Part shown: one piece after another, positions 27,900 to 54,409 of the stretch
Numbering within the stretch: position 1 is the stretch's first letter
How the letters are laid out: each line of letters begins with the position of its first letter
Position numbers and translations under genes: made by a program
The notes under the pieces: generated by a model
The model's input: the letters and a program-made list of their open reading frames with translations, nothing else
Told to the model about the DNA's origin: nothing
Databases searched by the model: none
Assembly (NCBI GenBank): GCA_020137815.1
Contig: CM035356.1
Location: forward strand, 6,262,001-6,326,000
DNA from: Hormiphora californensis
Lineage: Eukaryota; Animalia; Ctenophora
DNA length: 64,000 nucleotides
Direction of reading: 5' to 3'

Positions 27900-29413
27900 T
27901 TAAAATCACTCAAATATTACAATAAATAAATAAATAAAATCTCACACATGTTTCAAATATTGAAGTCCATATTTTCCAATCCTGTTGGGGCGTACTTTGT
28001 ACGGCATCCTCTTAATGACCTTAAGGTGGCTACCAGTAGGCAGAACCTGAGCCGCCTTCTGATTGCCGCCAAAGCCTCACTGTAGATTTCTCCGTGTTTC
28101 TTTTCAATCAGTTTGGCTGTCTTCTTAATCGCTCTGTCCATTTCAGGGCCAACACCACCTGTTGTGGTAAACACTAGTGGAGAAAAGGTCCCACCCTCGA
28201 CAATCTGGACTCGTCTCATGTAACAGGTCTTCTTGGACTTCTCGTGGTTTTTGTACAGAGATGATGGCTTGATATTGAGATAAGAAGCTGCCATCGGGTG
28301 ACAGACTCTGACATCCATGTAGGACATCTGGTCAGGAGCCCACAATCCCATGCATACAATGTCCATACGGGCGTCTCTGTCTGTATTTGCCCAAGGATAT
28401 TGCTGCATTTCTTGGTCGTAATCCTCACATGGTTGTAGGAGTTTTTCAGTTTTTATAGACCTGACACCAGCGTAGGATAAGATATCAGCAAAGTTGTCTC
28501 TCAGGCGGTCGTGTCTGTAGATTGTGTAACCACCTTTGTGACAGGACAATGCGTGATCGGCACTGTTACTGGACCCACATGGGCATTTGGAGGGGAGATC
28601 GAGAAACGGTAATCCAAATCGAAGGTGCATCGCATCGACAAACTCTTGTTTGGTCAGGTGATGTCCATGTGCTTCGATGGGTCTTGCTGTCAGCCAAGAG
28701 GATGCCCCAGGTTCTTGGTTTAGTGATTGTAACCGGTTTTCCGTGTCAGTCATCCTTGCTTTCAGGGATTTCACCTGGACAAGATGTCTTTCGATTGTAC
28801 TTTCTTCGCATTCCTTGGTTCTCTCTCTGGTGATCTTTTCGATTTTGTCTATCGTAGGACCATCCAGTTCTTCATCTGAGAGAAGGTGCTCCACTAATGG
28901 GCCTGTGCAGTGGAGAGAATGCTCGTATGCAGTGTCAGCCGAGAGCATTGGGTTTTCAATTCCTAGACCCCCCATCTTGACGGGTAGAGCGATAAGTTCC
29001 CGTTGCAGATCCGTTACATGTGAGCCGAGCAGAGATGGAATGAATTCGTGGCGGATGATGTTCTCTAGGGGTTCAAAGAGTAATCCGATTCCAGGAACTG
29101 TGCGTTGCATATAACTCCATTTGAATTTGAAGCTCCTTGTGTAGTTTGCATAAGCAACGTGTGGGTCAGTCTTGGTGATTGTCACTAGGTTTTGAAGAGC
29201 TTCGGCCCACTTGGTCACTTCACCAGATACATATTCCTTCTTGTAGGTTTCCGAACCTATGACCGCCCCAAGATGGCGATTGCCTGTTGTAGTAATAGTC
29301 ATTCCTGTATCACTAAACATATCCTCTGCTTCACTCAGATGTTCGAGTTTTACAATCAGCACACATTTGTTAGGATTTATAATGTATCCGTGAGCTGGAC
29401 CTTTGGTAACCAC
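27900..29413 (-). mobile_element. 5'-truncated CRE-clade-like non-LTR retrotransposon (RT C-terminus, CCHC and restriction-like endonuclease); ORF 27953-29413
   Basis: GPAHGYIINPNK, RHLGAVIG, LPVKMGGLGI, GASSWL, CPCG..DHALSC, RHDRLRD, RMDI..DVRV, EKSKK..Y, FSPLVFTTTGG; short 3' UTR with (TTTA)n. Confidence 0.85.
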
Positions 29414-29441
29414 AAAAAATGAACAAAAACGGGAAATTTGC

Positions 29442-29724
29442 GGGCGCGATTATAATCTGGGTGCCTTGCAGCGTGTTTACAGGTGCGCGCTGCCAAAAAA
29501 GTACACCTACAACCACTTAGACCGACTTTTTTCAAACGGCTATAGCCGCGGAACCACATGGCCGATTTGAGTGAACTAAACGGTATCTGATAGAGAATCG
29601 ATAGCCCTAACCGATAACCCCAAACGAAACCCTAACCCGACCCTAACAACAGCCCTAACCCGTCTCGACCGCCAAAATCCATGAATTGTTAGCAATGGAA
29701 GGCACCCAGATTTTAACGTTTTCC
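29442..29724 (+). mobile_element. About 275-bp dispersed repeat with imperfect sub-TIRs and degenerate telomere-like (CCCTAA) units; further copies at 30918-31190, 31194-31466 (tandem) and 45174-45226 (ends only)
   Basis: Left end GGGCGCGATTATAATCTGGGTGCCTT, right end AAGGCACCCAGATTTTAACGTTTTCC, internal CCCTAACC variants. Confidence 0.8.
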
Positions 29725-29893
29725 GAAATGGGCCGAACCTGGAATTCGTAATATAGCGCGCGGAACAGAAAGAGCCAAAATTTGGCAGCGCTTCGATTCA
29801 CAACTCGCGCATTCCATTTCGCGAGGTCGTTTGCATCGCATTTAAGGCGATACGAGGTCTGTTTTTTATTTTTTCGCGTTCGCGTCCTTTCTA

Positions 29894-30115
29894 TACTCGG
29901 ATTTTTTGAAACTGTCACCCCCCTGAAATAAAAAATTTGTCATATCTCCGGTTCCTGATAAGATAGAGACTTGAAATTTGGAGGTTCGGAAGAACTTAGC
30001 AAGATCTTCGTAACTTCCAAATTTCAAGTCTCTATCTCATCAGGAACCGGACTTATGGTCATTTAAAGAAATTTGAAAACTCTAGGGGGGTGACAGTTTC
30101 AAAAAAATCCGACTT
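29894..30115. mobile_element. Second copy of the 222-bp palindromic MITE
   Basis: Near-identical to 27459-27680. Confidence 0.9.
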
Positions 30116-30117
30116 TA

Positions 30118-30269
30118 TAGTCCATTTTTTTTCAACTGTTCACCCCCCAAAGTCGTGCGCGGAATTGTTTTGCGCGTTTATCACATGTTAACGTGTAGCG
30201 CGCGCCACCCAAATTCTAATTTTTATTAAATTTCAGATTTTGGGTGAACAGTTGAAAAAAAATGGACTT
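30118..30269. mobile_element. Related TA-flanked MITE abutting the previous one
   Basis: TIR AGTCCATTTTTTTTCAACTGTTCACCC / GGGTGAACAGTTGAAAAAAAATGGACT; shares the TA at 30116-17. Confidence 0.75.
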
Positions 30270-30804
30270 TAAAAACTCGGAAAAACTAAAAAGTAACCGA
30301 TCGTGGTCGGTGGTGTGGGTTTGAAAAGCGCTGCCTTATCCCGGTATCTGGGGCCAGCAGCGTTTGCCAAGGTATGCGTTTATTATCTGAGACCCCGGTG
30401 TTCGATCGCTGTTTCCAAAAAGTTTGATTTTGCCCGGATCACCAAAATCTTTGCCAGAGACGGAGCTGACCGTACGTCCACCCACTGGGTCCTGCTCGTG
30501 GGGGAACTGCCCCTATGGCCTACACCCCCGCCGGCGCTGCCCCCTGCTCTACGCTAGTGGGGGAATCGGCCCTGATCTCTCCAAAGCACCCAAAGAGACG
30601 ACCGGGCTGAGAGTTTTGGTGTATGTGTAGACGATTTGCTGTGATTTGCTGTTAACAGCAATTTATTCTCATGGACTGTGTAATTGCGTGTTTTTACTAT
30701 TTACCTTCTACAAATAATTTCAATAGACTTTAAAAAGGTGCCGCCTTTAACCGCGGGTTTTCTACCCTGTTGGCGGAGCCCTATGAGCTCTCTATGTTTT
30801 TATA

Positions 30805-32199
30805 AACTAGAGTACCCGTTTGCTGGGAACCCGTGACCTGGTAAATGGTAATTTATCCTCATATAACCGGTGACATTTGTGTTTGATTTTGAAAAGATAA
30901 ATTAATTTGTTTGTTCCGGGCGCGATTATAATCTGGGTGCCTTGCAGCCTGTTTACAGGTGCGCGCTACCAAAAGAGTATAGTTAGACCGACTTTTTTCA
31001 AACGGCTATAGCCATGGAACCACATGGCCGATTTGAGTAAACTAAACGGTATCAGTTAGAGAATCGATAGCCCTAACCGATAACCCCAAACCAAACCCTA
31101 ACCAGACCCTAACGGATAGCCCTAACCCGTCGCGCGCGCCAAAACTACGAACTGTTAGCAATGAAAGGCACCCAGATTTTAACGTTTTCCGTTGGGCGCG
31201 ATTATAATCTGGGTGCCTTGCAGCCTGTTTACAGGTGCGCGCTACCAAAAGAGTATACTTAGACCGACTTTTTTCAAACGGCTATAGCCATGGAACCACA
31301 TGGCCGATTTGAGTAAACTAAACGGTATCAGTTAGAGAATCGATAGCCCTAACCGATAACCCCAAACCAAACCCTAACCAGACCCTAACGGATAGCCCTA
31401 ACCCGTCGCGCGCGCCAAAACTACGAATTGTTAGCAATGAAAGGCACCCAGATTTTAACGTTTTCCTTTTCCGTTGGTTCCTTAGAGCAATGAGTAATAG
31501 TAGGAGCGCGTTACAATTTTGGCGAGGCGGGTAAATCATTTATTGTAACGCGCGAATTTTCCCAAAAAAGCGCTGCTTTTTTACGCCGCGCGCGGAACCT
31601 AGAATTACGCGCGCAGTGTAAAATTTTAAAATTCATTGTATTGAAAATTTCCTCTACTCCCCAACGACGAAAAATTCCAAATTCGTGAATTTAGAATTAT
31701 AAGAACTCCGGTCAGTTCTCATCTTGCCAATCCGTTTTCCGGGAACCCCTGGCCAAAGGAAATTAAAATTCACATAACGACCAAGTTTCATATCGATTGG
31801 ATAAGATTTTGGGTGGCTACGGTGAAAAATATCGTATTTTTGGCATTTTTAACTTTCCCGACGCGATTTACGACCCTTAAACATTGAGTTACGGGAAATC
31901 GTTATCATGTAAAATGAAGTTCAAACGATTCTCTTTCCCCACTATTGCGTTAGTTTTTTGATTTAGAGCCGTTTTCAGGGTCTTAGAAGCGTTTGAAAAA
32001 TGTAAGTCTTTTTGTCGCAATGACGTCACCCCGTGACGTCACTGTTGTAAAGATCGGATCAAAAATCTGAGCCCGTACTTACACCCGCCTTGGTCCAAAG
32101 TACCAGTGTAAAAATTTTCAGGGGTCTAGCTCAAAAACTGTAGGAGGAGTAGGGAGAAAACAATTATCGGACTAACATTTTGGAATTTATTATATGGAT
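30805..32199 (+). mobile_element. Possible non-autonomous Helentron/HINE-like element with the tandem 275-bp repeats nested inside
   Basis: Starts AACTAG.., ends ..TTTATTATATGGAT, with internal AAGTTTCA..TCGAT and AAATTTTCA..CTAGCTC motifs reminiscent of such elements. Boundaries are uncertain. Confidence 0.4.
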
Positions 32200-32481
32200 T
32201 TCCAGTTTTAACTTTTTCACAATAAAAAAAGAGGTAATCTCGAGGTGATCTTGAGGTACTTGTCGAATGCGGGAGCCGGGAGGAAGAGAGGTTAGGTTTG
32301 CTCATGCTCTCAAGTATTTTGATATGGTAGTGGAATAATTGGAATCAGCTAGCGCCTAGCGGACTGACTGACTAACGTCTAACGCGTGTTATGTTCTAAC
32401 CCTTCTTTGGCTGCATGCAACAAGAGGCGATCGAGCAAGGCTTCCTTTGCATCTCCACGTGATCTCCAGGGGACCCCGTTC

Positions 32482-32528
32482 GTTTAAAGTAGTTTTGAAA
32501 AGTTAAAAACTATTCAAATTAATTTGAG
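32482..32528. other. Rearranged spliced-leader relic: inverted 5' part plus forward 3' part
   Basis: Reverse complement of 32482-32510 is GTTTTTAACTTTTCAAAACTACTTTAAAC (26/29 identical to the SL at 14057-14098); then TATT and forward CAAATTAATTTGAG. Confidence 0.7.
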
Positions 32529-32618
32529 CACTGACGACTTTGTTTCTGCTTTGTTTGATTTGATTTAGTTTTGATCCTATTTCTAACAACTGCCACTCCT
32601 CATTAGGATAATAGTGGT

Positions 32619-39278
<6,660 letters not shown>

Positions 39279-40126
39279 GGATGTTGGAGGAGGCAGGGAA
39301 AAGAACAACTAAACTAAGCTACTGTGTAGTGTGTGGTGTTGTGCGAGAGGGGGATAATGAAACGATTATTTTGAGAAAAAGGACAAGTTATGTTATTTAT
39401 TCGAAGAAGATTATCAAACTGAGGGCTAGATTATTTTCCTAAATCGGTTAAGGTGGGGTTTAGTTTACACGTATGCTGTTTTATATAAAAGATACTTTAC
39501 TTAGAGAAATTGGATAGAAGAATTGGAAAGTGCTCTTGGGTTATTTGTGTTATGTCGGGGTACATCTATTACCTATAACACCGGGATCAGGGGTGGGTTT
39601 AATAAGCCGCATGTTGCCGCGTTTTATCTGAACTGTATCAGGCTCTGAATTCTGTAGTTTGTGTGTGTGTGTTAGTACGAGTTAGTGAGAGTGATTTTGT
39701 GTGAAATTGAGGGATTGTTGTGAGCCTTTTTGTGTGTCGCTCTAGTTCCCTTTATCATGTGGAACGAAGAATAATACTAAGATAGTAAATTCTAGAATAT
39801 TATTTATCAAGTTTTTGTTTGGGCATCTTAGAGAATTATCTTGTTACTCTAGAGAATTCTATATCAGCATTATATATCTCATGTTTAGAAGCAGCCAGAC
39901 GTGTCTGGGAACATTTGTACTTCTGTATGTGACTGTGAGTGTGACGTTTGACGTGAGTGTGTGATGAGTGTGAGTGAGTGTGTGTGTGTGAGTGAGTGTG
40001 TGTGTGTGTGTGTGAGTGTGGGATGTGTGACGTTTGTGTGTGATATGTGTGACGTTTGTGTGTGACGTGTAAGTTTTAGTTATTACATAGCATTTATGAT
40101 GGGCAGGATTCCCATTTTACTGTCAC

Positions 40127-40235
40127 CAGGAACCGACCGAACCAGGAGATACTGGTCCCTGATTGGCCGATAACCAGTCACGTGATCTAAATAACGAGCT
40201 CTGATTGGTTGTTTACTTGTTTCGGTCGGTTCCTG
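40127..40235. mobile_element. 109-bp MITE with CAGGAACCGACCGA TIRs; inverted copy at 48442-48550
   Basis: 14-bp TIRs; internal two CCAAT boxes and a CACGTG. Flanks are CATTTTACTGTCAC on both sides for copy 1 and TTGTAGAT/TTGTAGAG for copy 2. Confidence 0.9.
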
Positions 40236-41810
40236 CATTTTACTGTCACATTTATTGATCTTGGTGAGGGATTGGCCACCGAACATTGAAACATTGTCAG
40301 TGAGTTACTTTTTATTGTGTTTTTTTCTCGCCACCCCTTCCATAGTTCAACAAATTTGACAGTATTGGTGTGCTCAGTAGGGCTAACTCCCTATTGAGGG
40401 AGTGATGTAAGCCCCTGGGCACACATACACTGTCCCTATTTTACACATATACCCCCTATAGATTAATATATATTGCTATTTAAGCACTGTCAGGGTAGCG
40501 CCACTACATCACGTAGTTGACATGTTCCCAGTCTGTCAGCTCCCACACACCAGGTGGGGTTGACAGGTTGCATGTAGCATGGCAGATCACTACACGTATT
40601 ATAGTGGGGCGCCCTGTTTAGGTACAACTATTGGAAGTGAGGCAGTGTATCTCCTCCCTATGCCACCCATATAATGTTAGACTGTGTTAGAACATAACTA
40701 ACACCCATATAATGTTAGACTGCACCATCGTGCCTTGATGATTATACTGAGTAGAGAGAGAGTTCACGTGATCAATATATACGTGAACCCGTGCACGTTG
40801 TAAAAATGGGAGAGAACAACAGGAATCTTTTTTGAAAAATATCCATAGTTTTTCTGTGGAAACATGACTATTATCCTGCATTGAATCCCTGCTGTTCTCT
40901 CTCATTTTAAGAGAGAACATTTTTGAAAAAAAGAACAAAACGATAACGAAAAAAATGGTTCCATGACTGTTTCTTCCTCCCTCCAGCAGTAAAACTAAAC
41001 CGAGTACGGTATATCGCTGGAAAGGAAGTGAAACAATCATGATATATGATTAGAAGTAGAAATATATATTTGTGTGTGTTACGGTTCCTCAATTAAACCT
41101 CCTATTATTAGGTCGATAGTTGGGATATAATGGAAGATATATGTAAATGACGACACTGTAAATTCAGTGAATAAGATTATTATGAAGGGTTGTAATTGTC
41201 TTTAATAGGTTTTAACACGTTTATTGGTTCTTATTGGTACACGACATGTTAGATTAATTACTAATTTAATAATTGAGGAAGATAATTGGCATTCACAGTC
41301 CATGTCAGTTTGTGCAAAGGGCCGCAGTAAGATAGTTATTTTAACTAAAGAGAAAGAGAGAGGGGAGAGAGAGTCAGAGACAAGATGGAGAGAGAGGAGG
41401 GAAAGCGATAGAGCTGAGGGGAGTAAAAGTTTTTTGGCCCTGTTTTGTACGCCATGACTGAGTCACCATGTGTAATACGTATAGACAGCAATCGTGCAGA
41501 GTTGGTCACATTGATACCTGAGTGAGATCGACCTCGCGCGCGACTGAGATCTATCGAATCTTACATACATATCTCGCGAAGCGAGAGTAGGTGGCAATGG
41601 TACCAACGTGCAGAATAAGATGTAATATGAGGTTGCAATGTGACATTGGCAATCTTATGAGAGTCCCTTATTTAGTTACCCACCCTGTATGTCATACAGT
41701 TTGACCGTTTTCTATTGAAATTCTAGTTTCATTTTGTTTGTTGTGGCAGACTTTCAATCAGTACAAGAATCACAATATGGTTACTGCTAAAATCTGTCTC
41801 AATTCGATTA

Positions 41811-42032
41811 CTGTAAAACCATTTATTTTCGCGGGAAATTAATTTTCGCGGATTGGCCTAGATTGGCTTCTGGTGGTCCCTGCAGGGCCCTGACGACTTC
41901 AGCGTACCAGGAGTTGCCGATGAAGGAGTAGTTCACTCCTGGTACGCTGGTGAAGTCTTCAGGGACCACCAGAAGCCCTAGTCTAGGCCAATCCGCGAAA
42001 ATTAATGCCCTCGAAAATATATGGTTTTACAG
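41811..42032. mobile_element. Palindromic MITE with TA TSD
   Basis: TA|CTGTAAAACCAT..CGCGGATTGGCCTAG / CTAGGCCAATCCGCG..ATGGTTTTACAG|TA. Confidence 0.85.
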
Positions 42033-42259
42033 TATTTACACAACTGCTATACAAATCACACGTGGTTCACACGTAAAATTCTCCAAGAAAGAAGGGGGAT
42101 TGACGCACGTGTTCCCTCTCAGTGTCTTTCTGTAATGTCTCATTAATTCATCCTTGTTTTTTATTGTTTTCACCCTCTACAACTCTCCCTTCTTCACTCT
42201 CTCAATCTCATCCAGTCTCAACGCAGGGTTCTATAAATTTAGAGTTTTGACCTCTCTTT

Positions 42260-43742
42260 CTACTCTGCTTTCTTCTTCTTTCCAATTTTCATCTTCTTAC
42301 TGCACAATTTCTTCCAACTCTCAGCATCTCTCTGGTTTTGTTTGGTCACTGAGCTGAAATCCAGCTGTTTTAGTGTAGGAAGGGTACTGAGAACGAAGTG
42401 TCGATATCCCTCCTGATTCTCTATTGGGTTACCTGAAATAGGTTAATTAATTAAATAATTTAGTAATTAATTAATTACATGTTTAGTTTGGAAATCGAAG
42501 AATGAACAATGCAATTATGGAGAGGGAACATGCAGTAGCCCACATACCGTGAAGGGTTAAAGTTCTGAGATGTGGTAGACCGGACAATTTCTTAATCTCT
42601 GCTAGGTTGCAAATGTGGTTGCCGTGAAGGTACAGGGTCGTTAGGTTGGTAAATTCTAGGATCACCTGTGGGGGGACAAGAGTGAGATTCTCACTGAGAA
42701 GAAAGGTATAGCGTCAAGTATAGGGCAATTTGCAGTTGACTGTCCGTAAATTTAGTCCAACGTTGAATGTGTGCTTTCGCCTTTCAGGCCAATGCTCTGG
42801 CCTCGGACAGAAGGTGTGCCACACAGCAGCTGTGGAATTGGCGAATTGCAGGGCGTCGCACCACATTTGTTTTGGTAGCAACGCGCAGCAACACAAATCA
42901 GTCGCGCTGAGCACTTTTGACATTATCAAAGTATCGCGCGTTCCTGAAAGTTAAATTTTGAAGCTGAGATCGAACTTCATGAACCAGCCGATTCGGAGGC
43001 CAGAGTTTCATCAACTAATGAACATGAACAACAAAATGCAGATATTTCAGGACATTGAAATATCCTCGAAAGCTGTTTCAGCGTTTCATTTCATACCCAT
43101 CAGTTTTCAGCGGAACGCAGATCTCAAAAATCATATTTGCCATCGGCCAACACTCTCTCTGCAGTCAAAACTCACACACGCATCTCGAGCAGCAAGCATA
43201 GTTCTATCTACAACATATGACTATGCAGCACTAGGTGGCATCACATACACACAAGCAGAACCCACCTTGTCTAATGTCACCAGTTCATTGAAGGAGAAAT
43301 CCAACCAGCTGATAGCGGAGGGTTGGAAAACAAGGGCTGACATTGTTGGACTGAGATCAGATATTTCAGAGAGGGAGTTGTTGTTATATCTGACCGCTGT
43401 AACAATTTCTGTATAGCCTTCCTGGGTGAGGGTCTGTGTTTGGTTAGTGCTCTAAATCTTTAAACATCTCAACTAGTTTTCACAGTCCCACCGATTTAAA
43501 AATTGAAATCCTTTCTCACTTCTCACACCACTCAAACTCATAGCGAGGTTTTAGCGGAGTTTCCCTCAATACTAATTTCATTTTCCTAGGTCATACTAAA
43601 TCTTATTCTCCCTACAAGGGTTTGGTACCTTCAACTTTGTTCCCTTTCTTGGTTCTTCTTCCAAAGAGTCTGTAAGGGTCGCCAGGTTCTTGAACGAGAA
43701 ATCAAGCGGCGGCGCAACCGCGTTCAGCGTCCGAACCGACAT
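42260..43742 (-). CDS. LRRC51: Leucine-rich repeat-containing protein 51
   Basis: Exons 43629-43742 (APPLDFSFKNL..EEEPR), 43266-43421 (ISWLDFSFNEL), 42548-42665 (LYLHGNHI..LRTLTLHG) and 42260-42432 (NPIENQEGYRHFVLSTLPTLKQLDFSSVTKQ). Confidence 0.9.
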
Positions 43743-43906
43743 GGTCTAAGAAGTTGGAGTTTTAGAATTTATTTGGAGTTTAGGTTAGGGCCAGGCAATG
43801 AAAATAAGGATACGCATTCAGAATACTTGTACAGAGAGTTTTTTAAATTTATCTAAAAATAATAAAATTTCTGTACAAAACAAGATAATTTACATTTCTG
43901 CTCTCT

Positions 43907-44935
43907 TCAGATTGCCTCGGAGAACACTGAAAACTCAGATGATTTAGGTTTAAAGAATCCCAAAAACCTCTCTTTGAGATGTGGTAGTATGTCCTTCATT
44001 TTACCGTTCAAATGCTCCACTCGATCACCCACATCAATGATATCAAATAACTGCGCCTCCCGCTCCGCTATCTCGTTCATTCCCCCAAAAATCCTCAAAT
44101 CACGAGGATCGAAATAGATCTCGGTTCGGGTGCCAAACAGAACTCGGTTAAGGTTGTGTAGAGCTGTATCGCGATTTAGTTTGAGAAGATGACGATAGAA
44201 AATCAGTATGCAATCTCTCAACCATTTTGAGTCTGAATAAACATAACCAAGTTCATCTTCCGGGGGATCAGGGAAAATTCGGTGAATTGTTTCCTCACTT
44301 TGTAGTGAAAGAGGAACCGTCTGGTATGGCTCATCAAGATAATAACCCGCTTGTTCATTAAAATGATAGTCCGTTTTCAGAATATTGCCGTGTCCCAACT
44401 TCCCTGCAACCACTTCACGAGTCAGCGTGGAAACAAATGGAACTAAAAAGTCGTTGGGTTGGAAAGACACCTCTCGTTTGAGGACTAAGAGTTGGTTTGA
44501 CTGAACACACACAAACACAATATTGCTTTCCTCGACCAAGACAGCATTGTTGCAGTAAACCCTCACACCTTTCTTGGCAAGTGCACCTAACTTCTCAGGT
44601 TGAAATGTAGACACCGCAATGTCTTGGTGGGTACACACACCATGGTGTATAAGTGTGGCTATAATGTGCTTGGTAAGTCGTCCCCCGCCGATAAACCCAA
44701 CTTCTAGACGGTGTTTTGGGGTGAACCCAGGGAGAAGCAGTTCACCAGTCTGACCAACTTGATTTGCAATGTTCAACATTCCCACAAGGTATGTACTCTG
44801 GGCACACGCGTGTAGAAGAAGTTCGAAGGAACGTTTCTCAAGTTGAAGAAGAGCTTTCTCTGAGTCATCAAGGTGCTTGTGTAGGGTTAGGGAGGGTAGA
44901 CCATAGGTAATGTCTTCTTCAGCCGTCCTAACCAT
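43907..44935 (-). CDS. NOXRED1: NADP-dependent oxidoreductase domain protein 1-like (P5C reductase/F420-oxidoreductase Rossmann fold), single coding exon
   Basis: 342-aa open frame with VGFIGGGRL and YCNNAVLVEESNIVFVCV; acceptor-like TTTCAG 1 nt before the ATG. Confidence 0.75.
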   Translation of the reverse strand: MVRTAEEDITYGLPSLTLHKHLDDSEKALLQLEKRSFELLLHACAQSTYLVGMLNIANQVGQTGELLLPGFTPKHRLEVGFIGGGRLTKHIIATLIHHGVCTHQDIAVSTFQPEKLGALAKKGVRVYCNNAVLVEESNIVFVCVQSNQLLVLKREVSFQPNDFLVPFVSTLTREVVAGKLGHGNILKTDYHFNEQAGYYLDEPYQTVPLSLQSEETIHRIFPDPPEDELGYVYSDSKWLRDCILIFYRHLLKLNRDTALHNLNRVLFGTRTEIYFDPRDLRIFGGMNEIAEREAQLFDIIDVGDRVEHLNGKMKDILPHLKERFLGFFKPKSSEFSVFSEAI

Positions 44936-46061
44936 TCTGAAAATAAGGTCAAATCAGATGGAATCCATCGACTTTTAAAAGAGATGCCCATTTTGACTAG
45001 CCACCAATGGCGATTTCTCTTTTCAACGGCCATGACTGATCAAATCAATCTGATCCTGATCGCTTTTTTTTATAAAAGCAGACAGCGGTCGACGGTCGTA
45101 CTTGTGATCACAGATTTTTTCACCAAAAATATGCTCAGAAATTTGCATCATGCCCTCATCTAAGGACAGACGTGGGCGCGATTATAATCTGGGTGCCTTG
45201 AAGGCGCCCAGATTTTAACGTTTTCCGACAGAGTACAGACGTCATTGGCGGGGCGGACATTGCTAGTGGACATTGCTCTTAATTAAAAACGTTCCCTGTT
45301 GCTAGCTATGTTTTGAGGATCTTGCCGCATAGTCCCTGGACATTTCCGTGCGGGTGTGACCGCCGAGTGCCGACTCTGACGACTCATATCAAACAAATTT
45401 TTGTTTGGATGATAAAGTACCGCGGGCTAACGAAGACCGTTTTGGCATATATGCTACCGCGACCGACCCCTCGGCAATGCGGGATAAAGCAGACTGCAGA
45501 GCCTTTCAAACTTCAAAGCACTTTTTTGGCAAAAAAAACGTTGCTGACCCCCGACGCGCGGGATAAGGCAGCGCTTTTCAAATTTAACTTTTTTGACGTT
45601 TAAATTTAGAAATTCAAACGCGCGCGCTTTGAGAACGCGCAAATAATTTCCGCGCATTTACTTTTTGTCAACAGCATGGTGTTGATATGGTTGGATTAAG
45701 AAGATTCAGACGAATTAAATTGCAGACTGAAATGAATATATTGTTTTACAAAATATTTGATTCAAAACTGAACAGGATAATCTAAATCCTCATCCTGGAT
45801 CAAAATTGAATTTAGATTAGATTTTTCAGAGCATTGGCTTGACAGTGACTGGACCAGATAATTGTGCAACGTTTTATACTTATATCTCATTTTTTTGAAC
45901 CAGTTCAGCTAAGAATTATTGTCTCTAATATACTGTTTCAGTTTTATCGTTATACACTCAACCTGGCAGTCTCTATCACATACTCTTTTTTACAACAACA
46001 TTTTCAGTCACAATTTTTTCCATCTTAATATCTCATTATATTTAAAATTGTCTCAGAAGAA

Positions 46062-53906
<7,845 letters not shown>

Positions 53907-54409
53907 CTGTAGAGGGGAAGAGATTAACAGAAGAGATTGAGGGAATGACAGAAATATTAACAGGAGAGGTTGAGGGAATGAAAGAAGAGATTAACAGAAG
54001 AGATTGAGGGAATGAAAGAAATATTAACAGGAGAGAATTGAATGAATGAGAGAAAGATTTTAAACAGAAGAGATTGAATGAATGAGAGAAAAGGATAAAA
54101 AGAGGTAGCTTGTTAGTGGCAGAACTCGCACCAACATATTGTATAACAAAGCCCCCCCCCCAGTAAAATAGAGCACCCCCCCCACCCCCAGTAAAATAGA
54201 GCCCCCCCCACCCCCGGTAAAGATTCTTATCGGATTCATTGTGTTACAAAAGCATGATATCATTTAAGAGAGAAATGATAACTTACTTTTTATATCCGAA
54301 CTTTTATAAAAATCGAAGCAATAATTGAGCAAAAATCAAAACTACAAAGAACTACAAACTACAAAAACTACAGCTACAGAATGTCCACCACCTCCCAGCC
54401 TCCTCCCCA

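Noticed and set aside
29600-29665. True or interstitial telomere
   Set aside because: The units are degenerate and part of a dispersed repeat present three times in the window.
30899-30915. Third SL relic (AAATTAATTTGTTT)
   Set aside because: Only about 14 AT-rich nt match, and the diagnostic terminal GAG is missing.
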